Both the position numbers and the translations under genes were made by a program. From an uncultured delta proteobacterium (GTDB taxonomy: Bacteria; Myxococcota_A; Polyangia; Polyangiales; Houyiibacteriaceae): DNA of 64,000 bases. The stretch lies in contig CAVOVB010000001.1 in NCBI GenBank assembly GCA_963699755.1, positions 768,001 to 832,000 on the forward strand. The letters are read 5' to 3'. The notes below the pieces were generated by a model that saw only the letters and a program-made list of their open reading frames with translations, was not told where the DNA came from and did not search any database. Of this stretch, positions 31,489 through 41,117 are shown in pieces (positions within the stretch are counted from its first letter, which is position 1; each line of letters begins with the position of its first letter).

Positions 31489-32238
31489 CTAGGCGCTCGC
31501 GGGTTTGATCACGCCGATCATTGCGCCGAGCGGGTCGCGGAGTATTCCGAAGCGCCCCACACCCTCGGCGTCCATCGGCTCGGCGATGACCGTGGCTCCG
31601 TTCTTCTTGGCGCGCGCAAGCGTTTCGTCGCAATCGTCTACGGTGATGTACTGAAGCCACATCGTCGGAATGTCGGAGCTGGGTGCTTGCAACATGCCGC
31701 CGCGCATCTCGTCTCCGTTTTTGAAGACGTAGTACGTGCCATTGGGCATGCTCATCTCTTCGTGCGTGTACCCGAGCGCTTTCTTGTAGAACGCGAGGGA
31801 TGCCTGGGGGTCTTGTGTCCAAAGCTCGTTCCAGTGGAGCGAGCCTGGCCCCTCGACGCGTGGCGGGTCGCCCGTCTCCCCTTTGAAGAGGCAGAACATC
31901 CCGCCCTGCGCATCGCTCACGGGCTGCATCCGGCCAACGCCAGGCACGTCGAATGCGTCCATCTGCGCGGTGCCACCTGCGGCGACGACTTTCTTCGCCG
32001 TCGCATCGACGTCAGCGACCGAGACATAGCTCACCCATGCCGTCGGCACTTCACCCTGAGGCGACGTGACGCCGCCAATGCCGGCTTCGCCCGCCTGGAT
32101 CAACCAATAATCGGGTCCGGCTTGCATCTTGGTCGGCTCGATTCGCCATGGCAGGGTCTCGGGATAAAACGACGTGGCTCGATCGATGTCCTTTGTGAGT
32201 AACTCGAACCAAACGAATCTTCCGTGTTCGTAGCTCAT
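31489..32238 (-). CDS. VOC/glyoxalase family protein (two domains)
   Basis: GRFVWFELLT...YVSVADVD...GRMQPVSD, repeated as LHWNELWT...YITVDD...GRFGILRDP. Confidence 0.92.
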   Translation of the reverse strand: MSYEHGRFVWFELLTKDIDRATSFYPETLPWRIEPTKMQAGPDYWLIQAGEAGIGGVTSPQGEVPTAWVSYVSVADVDATAKKVVAAGGTAQMDAFDVPGVGRMQPVSDAQGGMFCLFKGETGDPPRVEGPGSLHWNELWTQDPQASLAFYKKALGYTHEEMSMPNGTYYVFKNGDEMRGGMLQAPSSDIPTMWLQYITVDDCDETLARAKKNGATVIAEPMDAEGVGRFGILRDPLGAMIGVIKPASA

Positions 32239-32281
32239 GAGGGCTCCTTTCGTAGCGGGGCGATCGCCCCGTCACTCCCCA

Positions 32282-32308
32282 GTCGACCCGGGAGCCGTGA
32301 ATTCGACA
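32282..32308 (-). promoter_or_regulatory. ECF42-type promoter for the VOC gene
   Basis: Minus strand TGTCGA (32308-32303), N17, CGAC (32285-32282). Confidence 0.75.
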
Positions 32309-32335
32309 CCCGCTGAGGATTTTTTTCCAGCGTCA

Positions 32336-32362
32336 TGTCGACAACGGCCGGCCTCACTCGAC
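32336..32362 (+). promoter_or_regulatory. ECF42-type promoter for the YciI-sigma operon
   Basis: TGTCGA (32336-32341), N17, CGAC (32359-32362). Confidence 0.8.
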
Positions 32363-32436
32363 TAATTCGCAGAAGACGGGCAATTTCGGGCTCTCCGCGT
32401 TGTCCAGACCCCGAAGCAAACCTCCGGAGGTGATTC

Positions 32437-32787
32437 ATGAACTATCTGTTGTTGATTTACGAGGACGAGAAGGCACTCCACGAACGAGACGAGAAGACCC
32501 GAAATCAGGTCTTTCAGGAATACGGTGCGTTCACCGCTTCGGTTCGCGAAGGCGGCCATTTCATCGCGGCCGATGCGCTGCAACCCACGACCACTGCAAC
32601 GTCGGTCCGCGTACGCGATGGAAAAACGATCACTACCGACGGCCCTTTCGCCGAAACCAAGGAACAGCTCGGTGGGTTCTATCTCGTGAGCGCCAAGGAC
32701 TTGGACGAAGCGATCTCGATCGCGGCGCGCATTCCTTCCGCGCGGTTTGGGACGATCGAGATCCGGCCGATCTGGAACTACGAGTGA
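32437..32787 (+). CDS. YciI/DGPF family protein
   Basis: TDGPFAETKEQLGGFY motif; RBS GGAGG. Confidence 0.93.
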   Translation: MNYLLLIYEDEKALHERDEKTRNQVFQEYGAFTASVREGGHFIAADALQPTTTATSVRVRDGKTITTDGPFAETKEQLGGFYLVSAKDLDEAISIAARIPSARFGTIEIRPIWNYE

Positions 32788-32810
32788 GCTAGATTCGGAG
32801 GATCGCGCGC

Positions 32811-34055
32811 GTGCAAGCCTCTGCTTACGAGCTACTGCAGGCGGTCCTACTGGCGGACCGCGCGCGGATTCTGTCATCGTTGATTCGGACCTGCGGAGGC
32901 GACTTCGATCTCGCGGAAGAAGCGCTGCACGACGCGGTGTTTGCGGCCACGACACAATGGCCTCGAGGAGGGCTGCCCGATGCTCCCGACGCATGGCTCC
33001 TTCAAACCGCGCGACACAAGGCGATGGACTCGATGCGGCGAGATCGGCGCGCGCGGACGAAGCTGAACGAGCTCGGTCAGTGGGCCGAGATTCCGCGTCA
33101 GGAGGAAGAGTCGACGCAGATCCCATACGACATGCTTCGGCTGATCTTCACCTGTTGTCATCCAGCGCTAAACGAAGAAGCGCAGCTGGCGTTGACCCTG
33201 CGTACGGTGGCCGGGCTCCCCACCATCGAGATCGCGCGCGCGTTCCTGGTGAGCGAACGGACCATGGCGCAGCGCCTCGTTCGCGCGAAGCAGAAGATCC
33301 GCGAAGCCCGCATCCCCTATCGGGTGCCGGAGCGAAGCGAGATGCCCGAGCGCCTGGAGGCGGTCCTGCTGGTCATCTACCTGCTGTTCAACGAAGGCTA
33401 CAGCGCGTCGAGCGGTGAACAGCTGGTGCGCCACGAGCTCTGCGCCCATGCGATTCACATCGCCCGCGTGTTGTCGGACTTGATGCCCGAAGAAAGTGAC
33501 GTTCGAGGTCTGCTCGCCTTGATGCTGCTACAGGATTCGAGGCGTGACGCCAGAACCGACGCCGAAGGCGATCTGGTGCTTCTTCGAGATCAAGATCGAA
33601 CGCGTTGGAACCAAGAGCAGATCGAGGAGGGGCTCCGGCTGTGCGACGAGGCGCGTCAGACCCCATCGCGCACTGGGTACAGCATTCAAGCCGCGATTGC
33701 AGCCGAGCACGCGCGGGCCGCTGTCGCCAACGACACCGATTGGAGGGCGGTCGCCCGACTCTACGAAGCACTACTGACGGTGCGCCCAACCCCGGTCGTC
33801 GCGCTGAATCATGCCGTCGCGATTTCCATCGCCTACGGCGCAGAAGAAGGGCTCCAATTGCTCACGCCACTGGCCAAAGACCTCGATGGTTACGGGCCGT
33901 TCCATGCCGCGCACGCCGATTTCTGCCGAACGACCGGGCGTCGACAGGAGGCCGAAAGCGCGTACCTGCGGGCCATCGCGCTTGCCACCAACGACCCCGA
34001 GCGTCGCTTCCTCGAAGGCCGGCTCCGCGAATTGCAGGGTTTTGCGAACTACTGA
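32811..34055 (+). CDS. ECF sigma factor with C-terminal DUF6596/TPR extension (ECF42)
   Basis: [36 protein letters not shown] and QDRTRW motifs; adjacent DGPF gene. Confidence 0.92.
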   Translation: MQASAYELLQAVLLADRARILSSLIRTCGGDFDLAEEALHDAVFAATTQWPRGGLPDAPDAWLLQTARHKAMDSMRRDRRARTKLNELGQWAEIPRQEEESTQIPYDMLRLIFTCCHPALNEEAQLALTLRTVAGLPTIEIARAFLVSERTMAQRLVRAKQKIREARIPYRVPERSEMPERLEAVLLVIYLLFNEGYSASSGEQLVRHELCAHAIHIARVLSDLMPEESDVRGLLALMLLQDSRRDARTDAEGDLVLLRDQDRTRWNQEQIEEGLRLCDEARQTPSRTGYSIQAAIAAEHARAAVANDTDWRAVARLYEALLTVRPTPVVALNHAVAISIAYGAEEGLQLLTPLAKDLDGYGPFHAAHADFCRTTGRRQEAESAYLRAIALATNDPERRFLEGRLRELQGFANY

Positions 34056-34080
34056 GCTTCCTCGGCACGACGAACCCCGA

Positions 34081-34446
34081 TTGACCTTTCCGATCGTCGC
34101 GGACCCCGATCGGGAAGTCGCGGCTCTCTACGAAATGATTCATCCGGAAGCCGATGCGAAGCTCACCGTGCGCTCGGTCTTCCTCATCGACCCAAACAAG
34201 TAGGTTCGCGCAACGATCACCTGTCCACCGGCCACAGGCCGCGACTTCGAGGAGGTGCTGCGCGGGCTCGGCGGGCTGCAGCTGACCGATGACTACCAGG
34301 TTGCAACGCCCGCCAACTGGAACGATGGAGACGACGTCGTCATCGTGCCGTCGATCACCGACGCGAAGGAGATCGCGAAGAAATTCCCGAAAGGGCAACG
34401 GGAGCTACGACCCTACCTTCGGATGACACCTCAGCCGAACGAATAG
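34081..34446 (+). pseudogene. 1-Cys peroxiredoxin (Prx6-type) remnant
   Basis: LTFPIVADPDREVA...TVRSVFLIDPNK*VRATI...LQLTDDYQVATPANW...PYLRMTPQP. The N-terminal half with the catalytic Cys is missing, and there is an in-frame TAG at 34201-34203. Confidence 0.85.
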
Positions 34447-34518
34447 CTCGCAGCGATTGCTGCCCTTGTGCGAAAAGGCCCCTTCCCCTACGGCGCCGAA
34501 GGGGGCAGAATGGTCAAT

Positions 34519-34794
34519 ATGCCACGTCAACAGTTGAACCAGGCGTTGGTCGCGCTTCGTCGAGAGCTCGAGTCCGGCGCGAAGATCGAGACGGAGGACC
34601 GTGAGGCGCTGCTGCAAGCGGCGCGTGAAATCGAGGAGGCGCTTGACCGAGCCGAACCCGGCGAGAAGCCCGCTGAGGGCGGGCCGCTGAGCAGACGCAT
34701 CACCGCGCTCATCGAAGACTTCGAGACCTCACATCCAAAGTTCGCCGAGATCCTCAGCAGCGTTTCGGAAAGCCTTGCCAACTTGGGCATCTAG
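34519..34794 (+). CDS. DUF4404 family protein
   Basis: C-terminal FETSHPKFAEIL...SLANLGI* signature. Confidence 0.85.
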   Translation: MPRQQLNQALVALRRELESGAKIETEDREALLQAAREIEEALDRAEPGEKPAEGGPLSRRITALIEDFETSHPKFAEILSSVSESLANLGI

Positions 34795-34809
34795 ATGACG
34801 AGCGCTTGG

Positions 34810-35211
34810 TCAACGGTCGGGCGGCTCGTCGGTCATGCCGTCGCAGTCTTCGTCGACAGGAGCTTCTCCCTCCGGCGTAGGCACCTCCGCGCCCGGGAGG
34901 ACCTCGCCGATGCATGCACCAAAAGCACTGCCCTCGTCGTTGCACTCTTCGGAGCCGACTGTGCAGGCCCCGACGTTCGCGGTGCCAGGTGGACCACTGT
35001 AGCAATCGCGCATGAATCTGGGCTCGCACTCCGTGCCGACCGCGCCGCCGAGACCGCCGTTGCCGCCGTCGCCCATTCCCGCATCGACGCCCGCGCTGCC
35101 GCCGGCGCCACCCAAGCTCCCGGTACCTCCATTCCCGCCGTCGCCACCGCCTTTGCAGGAGAGGGCTAGAACGCACAAACAAATGCAAGAGAGACCGGTA
35201 AATCGCCTCAT
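34810..35211 (-). CDS. Gly-rich, Cys-rich lipoprotein
   Basis: Lipobox LALSC, Gly linker and CYSGPPGT..VGAC..G...C...DEDCDG module. Confidence 0.7.
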   Translation of the reverse strand: MRRFTGLSCICLCVLALSCKGGGDGGNGGTGSLGGAGGSAGVDAGMGDGGNGGLGGAVGTECEPRFMRDCYSGPPGTANVGACTVGSEECNDEGSAFGACIGEVLPGAEVPTPEGEAPVDEDCDGMTDEPPDR

Positions 35212-35343
35212 GGCGAGACTATACGCTTGCGCTGCGTTGGCGAGAAACTCCTGCGCCGCAACGACCCAACCCAGACCCATCACCTAGCGGGGACTGCCGT
35301 CGTGGCCCGGAGCGGGTGTATAGGAACGCTATGGAGGTGCATC

Positions 35344-37029
35344 ATGACTGCGCCACTTCGCCTGGTCGCCTATTTCTTCGTCCTAACGTTCGCGTTCGCT
35401 TGTGCGTCGTCTCCCAAGGGGGAGCCCACGGGCACGGCGCCGCTCGAGGCCAAGAATGCCGAGCGGACGGCACCGCTTCTCGAAGGCATGGGGGATTTGC
35501 ATTGGCGGATATCGTCTGATTCGGAGCTCGCGCAGCAGTACTTCGATCAGGCACTGACGCTCGCCTACGGCTTCAATCATCTGGAGGCCGAACGTTCGTT
35601 CCGAGAGGCTGCGCGGCTCGATGACGATTGTGCCATATGTTTTTGGGGGGCTGCACTCGTGCTTGGCCCAAACATCAACGACCCCGTGCCGACCGCCGAC
35701 CGCGAGTTGAAGGCGTACGAGACGCTGGGCGAGGCGGTCGCACGCTCGGAGCACGCAAGCGAGAAGGAACGCGCACTCATCGAGGCGCTGCAGGCTCGCT
35801 ACGCCGCAACGCCACCGGAGGATCGCTCTTCGCTCGACCTCGCGTACGCCGACGCCATGCGTGCGGTCGCCAAGGGATTTCCAGACGACCTGCAGATCCA
35901 AACGCTCTTCGCGGAGGCGATGATGGACACGATGCCCTGGGCCTACTGGACCAAAGACGCGCAACCCAAACCGCTCACCGAGGAGGTCTTCGTCACGCTG
36001 GATTTCGTATTGGAGCGTGACCCCGATCATCCGGGCGCCAACCATTTCTACATTCACGCCGTGGAGCAAGAGCAGCCGGAGCGTGGTGTGAAGCCGGCGG
36101 ACAATTTGCGGCGCGTGGTCCCGGGCGCAGGGCACCTCGTACACATGCCTTCACACATCTACATCCGAGTGGGGCGATATCACGATGGTTCGTCAGCCAA
36201 CGAGCTCGCGATTGAAGCCGACAACGACTACGTCACGCAATGTCGGGCCCAGGGAACTTATCCGGTGGCGTACGTGCCGCACAACCATCATTTCCTCTGG
36301 GCGACCACCACGATGGAGGGACGCAGCGCGGACGCACTCGACGCTGCGCGGCACACGGCCCAACACGTCGATCGCTCGCTGATCCGTGAGCCGGAGATGG
36401 GCATGCTGCAGCATTTTTCCGCGATTCCGTACTACGCCCTGGTGCGCTTTGGAAAGTGGGAAGAGATCCTCCGCGAACCCGCTCCGGACGCCGACTTGCT
36501 CTACCCGACTGCGGTCTGGCATTACGCCCGCGGCATCGCATTCGCACGCGACCGAAGGCTCAAAGAGGCGAATGAAGAGCTGCGGCGCGTGCGGGCAATC
36601 GCGTCCGATCCGCGCCTAGAGGAGATCAAGATTTGGGGCCTCAACCCGACGTCTTCGTTGGCGGCAATCGCGGAGGCCGTGCTGCGAGCCGAGATCGCCG
36701 CTGCGCGCAAAGAGGTGAAGACGGCGGTTACCCAGCTCCGCAAGGCCATCGCGATCGAAGACAGCCTCATCTACGGCGAACCACCGGACTGGTTCTACCC
36801 CGTGCGGCACAATCTCGGCGCGATCCTGCTCGAAGCCGGCCGTGCCCGCGCGGCAGAAAAAGTATACCGCGAAGACCTCGCCCGTTTCCCCGACAATGGC
36901 TGGTCGCTCTTCGGGCTCGCCCAGAGTCTGCGCGCGCAAGGCAAGAAGCAAGAAGCCGCTGAGGTGCAACAGCGCTTCGAGAAGGCCTGGCAACACGCCG
37001 ACGTCGAGATTACCGCCTCGCGCTTCTAG
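35344..37029 (+). CDS. TPR-like lipoprotein with conserved His-rich core
   Basis: Lipobox AFAC; AQQYFDQAL...FNHLEA, HPGANHFYIH, GHLVHMPSHIY and NGWSLFGL motifs. Confidence 0.85.
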   Translation: MTAPLRLVAYFFVLTFAFACASSPKGEPTGTAPLEAKNAERTAPLLEGMGDLHWRISSDSELAQQYFDQALTLAYGFNHLEAERSFREAARLDDDCAICFWGAALVLGPNINDPVPTADRELKAYETLGEAVARSEHASEKERALIEALQARYAATPPEDRSSLDLAYADAMRAVAKGFPDDLQIQTLFAEAMMDTMPWAYWTKDAQPKPLTEEVFVTLDFVLERDPDHPGANHFYIHAVEQEQPERGVKPADNLRRVVPGAGHLVHMPSHIYIRVGRYHDGSSANELAIEADNDYVTQCRAQGTYPVAYVPHNHHFLWATTTMEGRSADALDAARHTAQHVDRSLIREPEMGMLQHFSAIPYYALVRFGKWEEILREPAPDADLLYPTAVWHYARGIAFARDRRLKEANEELRRVRAIASDPRLEEIKIWGLNPTSSLAAIAEAVLRAEIAAARKEVKTAVTQLRKAIAIEDSLIYGEPPDWFYPVRHNLGAILLEAGRARAAEKVYREDLARFPDNGWSLFGLAQSLRAQGKKQEAAEVQQRFEKAWQHADVEITASRF

Positions 37030-37206
37030 CCCGACGCGCGCAGACTCCGGGCGAGCCCGAAGATCCGCAGCAGCCAGACTACTGCATAGCTCTTGCGAGC
37101 AGGTAGGCGTCTGGCCCTAGAGCTCGGGGGGTCGCGGGTTTTCGCGCTGCGCCTCTTAACCAGCTGAGATCACAGGTGTCTTAAGGGGCTAGCGTGTCCC
37201 GGACAT

Positions 37207-37611
37207 TCAGCGCTGGCACTCCGGATGAGACGCACAATCGGCGCAAACGCATCCCTCCACGAAGGCCTGGCAGTTGCCGTTGTCGAAGCAGTTGGCCGGA
37301 TTGCTGCAGAAGCTGTCCTCGTCGCAATCGACGCACACACAGTACTCGCCGTCATTGCAGACGCCGTTGTAGGTGCAGAACTCGCTACTACCCCCCGTCG
37401 CGCCCATGCCACCCATTCCACCGTTGCCGGCCAGACCACCGGTCCCGGCTTCACCGCCGCTTCCGCCCGTGCCGGTCGTTCCGCCGGTGCCGCCGCTTCC
37501 ACCGGTTCCACCCGTCCCCGTGCCACCAGCTCCGCCTGCGCTTTCGCCCGTGCCACACGCCGCCAATGCCAGCGCCAACACGATACCCAACACTCGAATC
37601 GAAGTGCCCAT
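37207..37611 (-). CDS. Gly/Thr-rich, Cys-rich lipoprotein
   Basis: Lipobox LAAC, (GGTG)n linker and two C..NG.C...E.CVC.DC repeats; RBS GGAGG. Confidence 0.75.
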   Translation of the reverse strand: MGTSIRVLGIVLALALAACGTGESAGGAGGTGTGGTGGSGGTGGTTGTGGSGGEAGTGGLAGNGGMGGMGATGGSSEFCTYNGVCNDGEYCVCVDCDEDSFCSNPANCFDNGNCQAFVEGCVCADCASHPECQR

Positions 37612-37814
37612 AGTGCCTCCAGTCGTCGGACTCGAGAGTCCACTATAACCGTCGGCGCGATTCCTTGATAGGGGTCGGCGTTAGCCCACTGACGAGCAGG
37701 ATCGACTGGCCGCCCAGCAACCTGGGTCCACTGATTCCTCTCGGATCGTGGAGGCGCGCAACGACGGCTCCAGCTTCATAGAAGCTCAGAAGCAAGGGAA
37801 AACGGGAATCGTTC

Positions 37815-37966
37815 GGCCGATCGAACGCTAAAAACTGAATCGGAATCGTGCAGAGCTCAGCGAGCTGAGACCGCCTAGGTATTACTCGGATATGACCATA
37901 TACAATTCTCCTTCGAGCAAACGCTCCTTAGAAAGGAGGTGATCCGGCCGCAGGTTCCCCTACGGC
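37815..37966 (-). repeat. Displaced copy of the 16S rRNA 3' end plus 3' trailer (direct repeat of 43090-43241)
   Basis: Gapless 152-bp hand alignment, 129/152 identical. Includes the helix-45 and anti-SD sequence. Confidence 0.95.
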
Positions 37967-38094
37967 GAAGGAGCACTCTACCCCAGCCGTCCGATCTTGC
38001 CGCGACTCGTGGGACCCGTTCACATAAGCGCGCTTCAGAGCCTTCGAAGCGCGAAGAACACGTCTCCCGCGACGCGCAAACCGTAAGAAATGAC

Positions 38095-38897
38095 ATGAGC
38101 ATCTCAGCGGCAGCACGCAAGGTGCAAATGGTTGGGCCGTCCAACGAGCGCATGGCCTCTCGAAGCACGATGAAGGTCTTTTGGACCTGCACCGCGCTCG
38201 TCTGGGGTGGCGTGGGTGTCTGTGCGGGCCTGTTCTTCGTGGGCGTCCTGGAGTTCACCACGAGCACCAAGATCGGGCCCTACGGGATCAGCATCTGGTT
38301 GAACGTGTGGATGCTCGTGTTCGTGCTGCCGCAGGACAAAGGTCGGTCGAAGCTGGACCTCCACCACGGCGCCCTGGTCCTGTGGATGCTCTCCTATATG
38401 CTGACCAACGCCTTATGGGAGATCCCCTGGGTGGTGTTCTCCCCCTTCGTGTTCGACAACCTCCACACGCTCGACGACGTGGTGGCGCATACCGGGTTCA
38501 TGCGCGAGAGCGTGCTCAACATGTACTGGTGGGTGCTGGCGTCTTTCAGCTCCGTGGATCTACGCACCGTCAACCACAACTCTACGTTCTACACGCTGGA
38601 GCTCTACGCCTTCGTGAACGTTCTGTCGGTCATCTGCTTCTTCTACCTGAACAAGAAGCGTTCGCGCTATCGCTACCTGATCCCGGTGCTCGGAAGCGGC
38701 GAGCCCGTGGCATCGACATTCATCTTCTCCTTCTCTGAGGTGTTCGCCGGCTTTGAAAACATGCCGGGCGGAGTGGCCGACACCCTGCTCGCCCTGGTCT
38801 GGACGCAGTCCAGTACTTCCTGTTCCCTCTCATCTTCGGATACTTCGGCGTGAAGCTGCTGATCGGAGATTGGCGTCAGTGCCACGTCGGAGGATAG
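38095..38897 (+). pseudogene. EBP/EXPERA-like membrane protein with a frameshift near the 3' end
   Basis: Polytopic; LWEIPW and SVDLRT...FYTLE motifs. A 1-nt loss at ~38810 (TGG ACG CAG T-C CAG TAC TTC) cuts off the last TM helix QYFLFPLIFGYFGVKLL, which ends at TAG 38897. Confidence 0.6.
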
Positions 38898-38920
38898 GGG
38901 CGTAGCCACTCAACAGAGCT

Positions 38921-38979
38921 CTCAGAAATCTAATTCGGAATCGCGCATAGCTGGAACAGCGGTGCCGGTGTTGCTCCGA
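38921..38979 (-). repeat. Decayed 16S-trailer copy
   Basis: 38921-38960 matches 43101-43140 at 30/40 without gaps; GGTGTTGCTCCGA resembles GGTATTACTCGGA. Confidence 0.75.
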
Positions 38980-39004
38980 CGGGAAGCCGGGGGGATGATC
39001 GAGT

Positions 39005-39781
39005 ATGCAACGGCTCATCACCCTCGCCTTTTCGCACTACAATGAGAAGGCTCGATGGGTGCTTGAGCGATTTGCCCTGCCCTACCAAGAGGAACCGTAC
39101 CTGCCGTTCTTCTGCTCGATGGCAGTCGCCGTATCCACGCGCGGTCGAGGAGGTGCAGCCGACCGAACGTCGTCGCGGTACTCGACCCCGGTCCTCTTCA
39201 CGGAGGACGGGCGCGTGCTCACCGATTCGACGGAGATCGTGAGATTCGCTTCAGGTAGCGAAGCTTCATCGTTTCTGAGCCCTGAAGTAGACGCTCTGGT
39301 CGATCACTACGGCGACCGGCTGGGTCCATACACGCGCGTACTCGCGTACTGGCATGTGCTCCGACATCCCGGGATGATCGAACAACTCGCCAAGGCCAAC
39401 GTGAGCCGCCGGCAAGCGCAGATCTTTCGGAAGCTGCTTCCACTGGTGAGGTCAAACCTGGAACGTTTGTTGAATCTCAGCGAAGCCAGTCGAGACGAGG
39501 CGGTGTCACGTCTGCGCGAAGAGCTCGACACGACCGCGGCGAGGCTCGAAGGGGACCGGTACTTGTGCGGCGATCGGTTCACCGCCGCCGACCTCACGTT
39601 CGCCGCACTCCTCGCGCCAGTCCTATGCGTCACGCCCGAGGAGGGCTACGGCGCGGTACTGCCGTCGATCGACGCTCTGGACGGGGAAGCGAGAGAGCTG
39701 GTCGAAGAGACCCGGGCCCATCCCGCAGGACAGTTCGCACTCCGCATGTATGCGGAAGAGCGCCGCCGAATCGTCCGCTGA
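39005..39781 (+). CDS. Glutathione S-transferase family protein
   Basis: FSHYNEKARW, TPVL...LTDSTEI and YLCGDRFTAADLTFAAL motifs. Confidence 0.9.
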   Translation: MQRLITLAFSHYNEKARWVLERFALPYQEEPYLPFFCSMAVAVSTRGRGGAADRTSSRYSTPVLFTEDGRVLTDSTEIVRFASGSEASSFLSPEVDALVDHYGDRLGPYTRVLAYWHVLRHPGMIEQLAKANVSRRQAQIFRKLLPLVRSNLERLLNLSEASRDEAVSRLREELDTTAARLEGDRYLCGDRFTAADLTFAALLAPVLCVTPEEGYGAVLPSIDALDGEARELVEETRAHPAGQFALRMYAEERRRIVR

Positions 39782-39789
39782 GAACTGAA
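39765..39789 (-). repeat. Short 16S-trailer remnant overlapping the GST stop codon
   Basis: 39770-39789 ATCGTCCGCTGAGAACTGAA vs 43095-43114 ATCGAACGCTGAAAACTGAA is 17/20, preceded by GCCGA. Confidence 0.65.
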
Positions 39790-39790
39790 C

Positions 39791-40310
39791 GTGACTGAGA
39801 ACGTCGAAATCCGAGAGAGCGCGGCGGACGACTTGGCTGTGATCGAATCACTCTACCCGGAAGCATTCCCGGATGAGGATCTGTTGTCTCTGGTACGAGA
39901 GCTATTGAGGGGATTGTCGCCCACCCTTTCGCTCGTCGTGGTGATCGATGGCTTGCTCCTTGGACACGCGGTCTTCACGGGGTGTTACGTAGCCGAGAGC
40001 TCCGGCGCGGATGCTCTTCTTGGACCGGTTGCCATCGCACCCGCCGGGCAGAGAAGAGGAGTCGGCAGCGCGAGCCGGATTGCAACGCCTCGAAGACGCA
40101 GGCGTGACCCAAGTGTATCTATTGGGCGATCCCAGCTACTATGGACGTCTTGGTTTTAGGGCCGAGACTCGCGTCGCGCCACCCTATGAGCTGCCGCTTG
40201 ACTTGGTCGGTGCCTGGCAGTCACAGAGCCTGTTCGGTGCTGCAGAGCCACGTTCGGGAAAGCTCGTGCTACCCGGCCCGTGGCTTAGTCCGGCTTTGTG
40301 GGCGCCGTGA
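39791..40310 (+). pseudogene. GNAT acetyltransferase (YhbS-like), frameshifted
   Basis: Frame 1 ...LGPVAIAPAGQRRGVGSA continues in another frame as RAGLQRL...VYLLGDPSYYGRLGF...WAP*. Small deletion at ~40070. Confidence 0.85.
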
Positions 40311-40350
40311 GAGCGATGACGAGGGATCTGAGCGCGTCGGCTCTGTACTG

Positions 40351-40421
40351 TCGGTCGAACCTTTCCCGAAACATCGGTACGAGGAACCGAAGTCCGATAT
40401 GATCGGTTACATCTCTCTTTC
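40351..40421 (-). repeat. Decayed 16S-trailer copy
   Basis: 40390-40421 vs 43158-43189 is 22/32; 40351-40360 TCGGTCGAAC vs CCGATCGAAC is 8/10; the blocks are in the same order. Confidence 0.55.
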
Positions 40422-40423
40422 TC

Positions 40424-41086
40424 CTAGGAGCTCCCGGAAGGAATCGCGGGGCCGCCCTGGGCCTCTGCGCGTTGGTAGGCGGGGCGACTCGTCACTCGGT
40501 CCCGCCAAGCCGACATGTTGGGGCGCTCACCTTTCGCTCGGGATAGTGCGGCCTCGACCGGATAGAACATTTGGATGTCGGCGATCGAGAAGGTCTGGCC
40601 TGCGAAGTACGGTCGCTCAGCGAGAGTCTTTTCCACGAAGCCGAGGTGCAGGTCGAGCGCAGGCGTGGTGTAGCTCTCGTCCACTTTGTCCGCGATGCCG
40701 CGCGCGATGGGCTTGATGAAGAAGGGCATGGGCGCAGACCGCATCCTGTCGAAGATGAGTCGGACCAAGAGCGGCGGCATCACGGACCCCTCGGCGTAGT
40801 GCAGGAAGAACGTGCACTCCAAGTTCTCCGCCTTGTCGGTAGGCCTCAGCTTCCCCTCGCGACCGGCGAAGTATTCCATCACGGCCCCCGACTCGGCGAG
40901 CACGCACCCGTCGACCTCCACCATTGGAAAACGTCCAAGCGGATGCACTTCAGTCGCCGCCGCTGGCGCTCGAAAGTTCTTGTCACGCTCCCAGGATTGG
41001 ATGCTGTACTCCAGCCCGAGCTCCTCGAGGAGCCACAGCACGCGCAGCGAGCGAGAGTAGTTGAGGTGGTAAACTTTGATGCTCAT
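40424..41086 (-). CDS. Glutathione S-transferase
   Basis: SRSLRVLWLLEELG, HPLGRFP, LAESGAV and FSIADIQM motifs. Confidence 0.93.
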   Translation of the reverse strand: MSIKVYHLNYSRSLRVLWLLEELGLEYSIQSWERDKNFRAPAAATEVHPLGRFPMVEVDGCVLAESGAVMEYFAGREGKLRPTDKAENLECTFFLHYAEGSVMPPLLVRLIFDRMRSAPMPFFIKPIARGIADKVDESYTTPALDLHLGFVEKTLAERPYFAGQTFSIADIQMFYPVEAALSRAKGERPNMSAWRDRVTSRPAYQRAEAQGGPAIPSGSS

Positions 41087-41117
41087 CCACAGACTCTACC
41101 ACCGTTGCCAAAGGGGG

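Noticed and set aside
37125..37176. tRNA-like fragment (CTCAGCTGGTTAAGAG on the minus strand)
   Set aside because: Only a D-arm-like stretch; no acceptor stem, T-arm or CCA could be built.
37939..38094. N-terminal extension of the EBP-like ORF (MIRPQVPLRR...)
   Set aside because: It is a translation of the displaced 16S fragment; a downstream ATG (38095 or later) is more plausible.
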